A stretch of DNA of 12,743 bases, taken from Campylobacterota bacterium (GTDB lineage Bacteria > Campylobacterota > Campylobacteria > Campylobacterales > Sulfurimonadaceae). This document shows positions 8,198 to 12,743 of the stretch, in pieces; the stretch's first letter is position 1; every line of letters begins with the position of its first letter. The notes beneath the pieces were generated by a model. It was given only the letters and a program-made list of their open reading frames with translations, had not been told where the DNA came from and made no database searches. The stretch lies in the NCBI GenBank assembly GCA_034661055.1, contig JAYEKO010000060.1:1-12743 (forward strand), in the 5' to 3' direction. The position numbers and the translations under genes are program-made.

Positions 8198-8253
8198 AAA
8201 TATCCAATAAAGTTATATCTTTTTATAATACTTGGAATTCTCTTAAAAATTGG

Positions 8254-9657
8254 TTAGATTCGCACCGGAATAAAGAGTTGATGGTATTCATCAAGTCTAT
8301 AGTAGAGTTTTTCACTATCAGTGGAGAGAAAAGGTAAAAAGTTTCGTGCTGTAATTTTTTCAGAAAAGGGCATACACTGAATAAAACTGTCACGTTGTTT
8401 CAACGCACGAATCTGATTACTATCTACATCATTAAACTTAATTGATTTTGTAAATATGGTTGATAAATTTTCAAAATGCTCAACAATTTCATGTCGCTCT
8501 TTTTGAGACTCATTAATGTTATTAATCAGCTCTATATTAAAACCAAACTGTGATGAGAAGTCAAAGATTGTTGTAGAAACTTTTTCAAGATCACTATTGT
8601 TGTTTAAAATAATAATAGACTCTTTAATATCAGACAACTCTTTAGAGCCAAATTTTAAAACAGGAACACTGCTCTCATAAAGGGTACGACGTATGCTATC
8701 TTTCTTAAAAAGTGCTTTTGACACCAATAAAAGACCCGTGTGATATTTTCTAATATCATCTAATATAATATTAGATCCATCCTCCACATACTCAATATCA
8801 ACAATAGTATCATCACAGCGGTACGACTTAACAAGACTAACCTGCTCTAGATTACCAGGGTTAATAACCTTAATGATTAACTCTTTTTTTAATTGCTCTT
8901 TTACATAAAGAGCTTGATTTAAGAGTTCAACCAAGTAATCATTATCATCATAGTGCATATCTAAATAGAGATATAAACTTGAACCAAACGGAGCAGGAAA
9001 CTGCCCTAGTTCACGTTTAATAGCACGATAAACAGACTTTAGGACTAGAGGTTCACCCACAAGGAGCAAGATGTCATTAGGATGAATCATACGTCTTTCA
9101 TTTGGAAAGATGAGCTTTCTATCACGATAAATTGCAGCAATTTTCCAGCTACTTTGCTCAATAACTCCTAAATGCCTATAGACAAAAGAGCTACCAAATG
9201 GAACCAACACTTCCATTATTTCACCCTCACCCATTCCTACATTCTGTGCTATTACTGGAACGTTTGGCAGGTGATCAAGCAGATGGGAAGCCAGAAGATC
9301 ATTAGCATTTAAAATAGAGACATAACTATCATCTATATTTAATCCCAATTGATCAAGAACAACTACATTAAGCTTCTGCTTAAATGTACGAATATTTTTT
9401 AGTGTATTTAAAATATCTGTTGGTATCTCCATGGCAATAAAAACTTGAACAAACTCCATTTTAAGAAGGTTTCCAAGTTTAGAGAGACTCGTTGGGTCAA
9501 ACTCAAAAAATTTAAATTTACTAGGGTCAACATTCTCAAAATGTTTTGCACGCATCTGAACAACATAGTAGATATTATCTTGTGAATAGGTATTAATAAC
9601 ACGCTCAATAAAACGTGTGCCAACAGTACCATCGCTGATAATAAGTATTTTTTTCAT
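8254..9657 (-). CDS. COG3400-family protein: degenerate RCK-N (TrkA_N) plus RCK-C (TrkA_C) plus a C-terminal alpha/beta region
   Basis: N-terminal Rossmann-like KKILIISDGTVG, FDPTS, GEIMEVLVPFGSSFVYRH and AAIYR...IFP...IHPNDILLLVGEP (TrkA_C pattern). It sits between aroB and a divergent tgt, as in Helicobacter and Campylobacter. Confidence 0.8.
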   Translation of the reverse strand: MKKILIISDGTVGTRFIERVINTYSQDNIYYVVQMRAKHFENVDPSKFKFFEFDPTSLSKLGNLLKMEFVQVFIAMEIPTDILNTLKNIRTFKQKLNVVVLDQLGLNIDDSYVSILNANDLLASHLLDHLPNVPVIAQNVGMGEGEIMEVLVPFGSSFVYRHLGVIEQSSWKIAAIYRDRKLIFPNERRMIHPNDILLLVGEPLVLKSVYRAIKRELGQFPAPFGSSLYLYLDMHYDDNDYLVELLNQALYVKEQLKKELIIKVINPGNLEQVSLVKSYRCDDTIVDIEYVEDGSNIILDDIRKYHTGLLLVSKALFKKDSIRRTLYESSVPVLKFGSKELSDIKESIIILNNNSDLEKVSTTIFDFSSQFGFNIELINNINESQKERHEIVEHFENLSTIFTKSIKFNDVDSNQIRALKQRDSFIQCMPFSEKITARNFLPFLSTDSEKLYYRLDEYHQLFIPVRI

Positions 9658-9695
9658 ATTTTTCTGAGTATCTCTCTATTTTATTTTAATTTGCG

Positions 9696-9704
9696 ATTTT
9701 AGCA
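9696..9704 (-). promoter_or_regulatory. Extended -10 promoter (TGCTAAAAT) for the COG3400-aroB...mog operon
   Basis: Plus-strand ATTTTAGCA reads TGnTAAAAT on the minus strand, the typical Campylobacterota sigma70 extended -10, about 40 nt upstream of ATG 9657. Confidence 0.65.
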
Positions 9705-9715
9705 TAAATAACTTG

Positions 9716-9724
9716 TGTTAGAAT
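9716..9724 (+). promoter_or_regulatory. Extended -10 promoter (TGTTAGAAT) for tgt
   Basis: TGnTAGAAT 27 nt upstream of ATG 9752, with AAGG SD at 9742-9745. Confidence 0.65.
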
Positions 9725-9751
9725 ATCAAACTTAAAAAAACAAGGCTACCA

Positions 9752-10873
9752 ATGGAATTTAAAGTTGAAGCAACAAGCGGTAAAGCACGTGCATGTACCA
9801 TTAAAACCGCTCATTCTACCGTTGAGACACCTATCTTTATGCCTGTTGGAACAGTAGGTTCTGTTAAAGCACTTGACATGAGTGACATGATTGACATTCT
9901 TGATACTAAGATTATTTTAGCCAACACTTACCATATGTATCTTCGTCCTGGTGATGTTACTGTTGCTAAAATGGGTGGCCTGCATAATTTTACGACCTAC
10001 CCTAAAAGTTTTTTAACTGACAGTGGTGGTTTTCAGGCCTTTAGTTTAAGTGATATTTCAAAACCTAAAGATAATGGTATTGAGTTTCGCTCTCATATTG
10101 ATGGTTCAAAGCATTTTTTTACTCCCCAAAAAGTTATTGATATTCAACATAATCTTGGTTCAGACATTATGATGATTTTAGACGACCTTATTGCTCTTCC
10201 AGCAACACAAGAGCGTATTAAAACTTCCATTGAGCGTACTACCCGCTGGGCTGAAGAATCTATTGCTTACTTTAGAGCTAAACAAAAAGAGGGAGTTGGT
10301 ACTAAGCAAAATATCTTTGCCATCATTCAAGGTGGAACAGATAAAGCATTCCGTACCAAGTCAGCAACTGAGCTCTGTTCGCTTGATTATGATGGTTTTG
10401 CCATTGGTGGATTAAGTGTTGGTGAGGCCAATCAAGACATGTATGACACTGTTGAACATACTGTACAATATATGCCAGAAGATAAACCACGCTATTTAAT
10501 GGGGGTAGGAACACCCGAAGACTTAGTGGAGAACATTGAACGTGGTATCGATATGTTTGATTGTGTCATGCCGACACGAAATGCTCGTAACGGTACCCTC
10601 TTTACCTCATTTGGACGTATTAACATTAAAGGAGCCAAGTTTAAACTTGATGATACTCCTATTGACAGTGAATGCGAGTGCCCTACATGTAAACGATACA
10701 CCCGCGCTTATATGCACCATATGTATCGCTCTAAAGAGCTAAGCTACTTTAGGCTAGCTTCTATTCACAACCTTTACTATTACCTCAATTTAGTTAAGGA
10801 AGCGCGTGAAGCCATTTTAGATGACAACTATAGTGAGTTTAAAAAAGAGTTTTACAAAAAAAGAACTCTTTAA
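9752..10873 (+). CDS. tgt: tRNA-guanine(34) transglycosylase
   Basis: Motifs [62 protein letters not shown] and the zinc site CECPTC...HN. Confidence 0.97.
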   Translation: MEFKVEATSGKARACTIKTAHSTVETPIFMPVGTVGSVKALDMSDMIDILDTKIILANTYHMYLRPGDVTVAKMGGLHNFTTYPKSFLTDSGGFQAFSLSDISKPKDNGIEFRSHIDGSKHFFTPQKVIDIQHNLGSDIMMILDDLIALPATQERIKTSIERTTRWAEESIAYFRAKQKEGVGTKQNIFAIIQGGTDKAFRTKSATELCSLDYDGFAIGGLSVGEANQDMYDTVEHTVQYMPEDKPRYLMGVGTPEDLVENIERGIDMFDCVMPTRNARNGTLFTSFGRINIKGAKFKLDDTPIDSECECPTCKRYTRAYMHHMYRSKELSYFRLASIHNLYYYLNLVKEAREAILDDNYSEFKKEFYKKRTL

Positions 10874-10900
10874 ATGCTCCAATTTTTTTAAAAATTAATA

Positions 10901-10906
10901 TATAAT
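10901..10906 (+). promoter_or_regulatory. Putative -10 box (TATAAT) for the 141-aa ORF-pdxJ-pdxA unit
   Basis: Perfect TATAAT downstream of T/A tracts in the 75-nt gap after tgt, with AAGG(TG) SD-like site at 10933-10938. Confidence 0.5.
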
Positions 10907-10948
10907 ACCAACCCTACACAGAGTGAAGAAAAAAGGTGAATAAAACTT

Positions 10949-11374
10949 ATGAATAAAATACAACCAAGCATAATAAATAGAATCAATGTCCAAGTTAAGA
11001 AATCCTATTACACCTTTGAACGATACAACAGTGTTTCTACATTTGCACTACTCTATCATGAAGAGCCAATGACTGTTGTAGAGTTATCAAGTTTTGTTAG
11101 AATCTCTGACCATTTTATTCAGATAGATGATAACCATTACTTTATAACCTTTGCGTTTACAACTCAAGACAATACCTATAAAGCCGTACAGAACCTTGTC
11201 CATCATCTAGACAATCACTTTAATAATAGAAAAACATGTATTGCTATAGATAACTTTGATGTCACTAATGCGCCACATCTTGTCTTTAACCGCCTCCAAC
11301 AGATATTAGAAGAGACAAAGAGAAACTCTTTTACGAGAGTAGAAGATGAAAGTATTTTAGATACAAATTTTTAA
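10949..11374 (+). CDS. Hypothetical protein, probable degenerate stand-alone GGDEF-fold domain
   Basis: 141-aa ORF filling the gap between tgt and pdxJ. The pattern ERYNSVSTFALL...LSSFVRISDHFIQIDDNHYFITFAFTT...KAVQNL parallels the GGDEF consensus R....F.L...L...LR.SD.V.R.GGDEF.I....T...A...L. The CDS is confident; the domain call is by eye. Confidence 0.65.
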   Translation: MNKIQPSIINRINVQVKKSYYTFERYNSVSTFALLYHEEPMTVVELSSFVRISDHFIQIDDNHYFITFAFTTQDNTYKAVQNLVHHLDNHFNNRKTCIAIDNFDVTNAPHLVFNRLQQILEETKRNSFTRVEDESILDTNF

Positions 11375-11382
11375 GGATACCT

Positions 11383-12186
11383 ATGTCACATAGTAGTAAC
11401 AAACTTACCCTTGGTGTTAATATTGATCATATAGCTGTACTTCGTGAGGCCCGTCGCATCAACGACCCTGATCCAGTCATGGCACTGGCCATCTGTGCTC
11501 AAAACGGAGCAGATCAAATAACTATTCATCTTCGTGAAGATCGTCGTCATATTCAAGATGATGATGCCAATAAAATTATTAAAAGCTCATCACTGCCCGT
11601 AAACCTTGAGTGTGCTATTGATGATGAAATCATAGATATTGTCTGTTCACTAAACCCACACCGAGCCACGCTAGTTCCTGAAAAACGTGAAGAGGTCACT
11701 ACAGAGGGTGGTCTTGATGTTATTGGACAGAAGTTTGCACTCGACATTACTATAGAAAAACTTCATGAACATGACATTCCAGTCTCTTTGTTTATTGACC
11801 CCACCATTGAAGCAGTTGAAGCCTCAAAACATCTTAATGCTCAGATGGTTGAGCTTCACACGGGACGCTATGCCAATATCTATGCGATGCTAAACTCCTC
11901 TCTGCCCTATACTCACCACAAAATTAAAGAGTTAGACTTTTCAAGAAACACATTAGAATCGATGTTAGAATCTGCTCTTGCAGATATTAAACGTGCTGCC
12001 AAGCATGCCGAGTCTCTTGGCTTAGAGGTTGCCGCTGGTCACGGTTTAAATTACCAAAATATAAGTTCAATGGTCGCTATTAATGAGATTACTGAACTAA
12101 ATATTGGTCAGAGCATTATTGCACGTTCAGTATTTACCGGTTTAGCCGATGCAGTCTCTTCTATGAAGCAGCTTTGTGAACGATAA
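11383..12186 (+). CDS. pdxJ: Pyridoxine 5'-phosphate synthase
   Basis: Motifs LGVNIDHIA.LR, ITIHLREDRRHIQ, NLE, TLVPEKREEVTTEGGLD, VSLFIDP, ELHTG, AGHGLNY and ELNIGQSI. AAGGA SD at 11373-11377. Confidence 0.97.
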   Translation: MSHSSNKLTLGVNIDHIAVLREARRINDPDPVMALAICAQNGADQITIHLREDRRHIQDDDANKIIKSSSLPVNLECAIDDEIIDIVCSLNPHRATLVPEKREEVTTEGGLDVIGQKFALDITIEKLHEHDIPVSLFIDPTIEAVEASKHLNAQMVELHTGRYANIYAMLNSSLPYTHHKIKELDFSRNTLESMLESALADIKRAAKHAESLGLEVAAGHGLNYQNISSMVAINEITELNIGQSIIARSVFTGLADAVSSMKQLCER

Positions 12187-12743
12187 AAAAGTTGCTATAA
12201 GTGTTGGTGATTTAAACGGTGTGGGCATTGAGATTGCACTAAAATCTCATGAAACTATTAAAGAGTTCTGTACTCCAATTTACTGTATTAATGAGATACT
12301 ACTCAAACAAACAGCGTCACTACTACAGATTAAAATTCCTTCTGACTTCACACTTTTACATGTAAATGGCAACTTCACCATTAAGCCGGGGCATGTCTCT
12401 GCTGCTAGCGGGCTCTACTCTTATCTCTCATTTTTAAAAGCTGTTCAAGCGGCAGAACAAAAAAAAGTTGATGCTGTGGTGACTATGCCAATTCATAAAG
12501 AGGCATGGATGAAAGCAGGTATTACCTATAAAGGCCATACTGATATGCTTCGTGACTACTTCAGTAAAGATGCCATAATGATGCTTGGATGTAAGCAAAT
12601 GTACGTTGCTCTTGTTACTGAACACATCCCACTAAAAGAGGTGGCTCTCGCTATTACAACAGAGCGACTGAAGACTTTTTTTAGAGATTTTATTAAAAGT
12701 ACAAATGCTCAAAACGTTGCTGTTTTAGGTCTAAACCCGCATG
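12176..12743 (+). CDS. pdxA: 4-hydroxythreonine-4-phosphate dehydrogenase (3' truncated by window)
   Basis: Not in the ORF track because there is no stop in the window. From GTG 12176: MNDKKVAISVGDLNGVGIEIALKSH...AVVTMPIHKEAW...YKGHTDMLR...AIMMLG...VALVTEHIPL...AVLGLNPH, all PdxA motifs. It overlaps the end of pdxJ by 11 nt. Confidence 0.93.
   Translation, partial: MNDKKVAISVGDLNGVGIEIALKSHETIKEFCTPIYCINEILLKQTASLLQIKIPSDFTLLHVNGNFTIKPGHVSAASGLYSYLSFLKAVQAAEQKKVDAVVTMPIHKEAWMKAGITYKGHTDMLRDYFSKDAIMMLGCKQMYVALVTEHIPLKEVALAITTERLKTFFRDFIKSTNAQNVAVLGLNPH

Noticed and set aside
7718..8257. 69-aa and 62-aa plus-strand ORFs
   Set aside because: Antisense to aroB with no motifs or convincing ribosome binding sites.
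9408..9632. 74-aa same-strand alternative-frame ORF inside the COG3400 gene
   Set aside because: Fully nested in a long intact frame; no sign of a frameshift or independent initiation.
10191..10742. Four short ORFs nested in or antisense to tgt
   Set aside because: tgt is intact with all motifs; these are chance frames.
11553..12625. 64-aa and 63-aa minus-strand ORFs
   Set aside because: Antisense to pdxJ and pdxA respectively.
1..12743. Phase-variable poly-G/C tracts, CRISPR arrays, IS elements, tRNA/rRNA genes, riboswitches (Moco, preQ1)
   Set aside because: The longest G runs I saw are 5 nt, there are no spaced repeats or transposase motifs, and the intergenic gaps are all under 100 nt, AT-rich and accounted for by promoters or a terminator. 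mog has no leader at all. An Infernal/Rfam scan would be the definitive check.

Overview
AT-rich core-genome segment that looks like Campylobacterota (Sulfurimonas/Sulfuricurvum-like; inferred from gene order and protein style). From left to right: the 3' end of frdB; a DUF5644-like protein that appears to be a Cys-depleted FrdB/SdhB fused to an HdrB/SdhE-type CCG domain; a tightly packed minus-strand run (COG3400 RCK protein, aroB, large MscS-family channel, mtaB, FtsH-like AAA ATPase without HEXXH, bioV, mog) ending in a hairpin terminator; a divergent tgt; a 141-aa protein that looks like a degenerate GGDEF domain with an intact RxxD I-site; pdxJ; and the 5' part of pdxA. I saw no mobile elements, CRISPR arrays or RNA genes. 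The region is mostly housekeeping. The best leads are several apparent pseudo-enzymes: the dead Fe-S FrdB-CCG fusion, a candidate c-di-GMP receptor upstream of pdxJA, a protease-dead FtsH and an orphan RCK protein. All family assignments are from motif recognition by eye, not from database searches.
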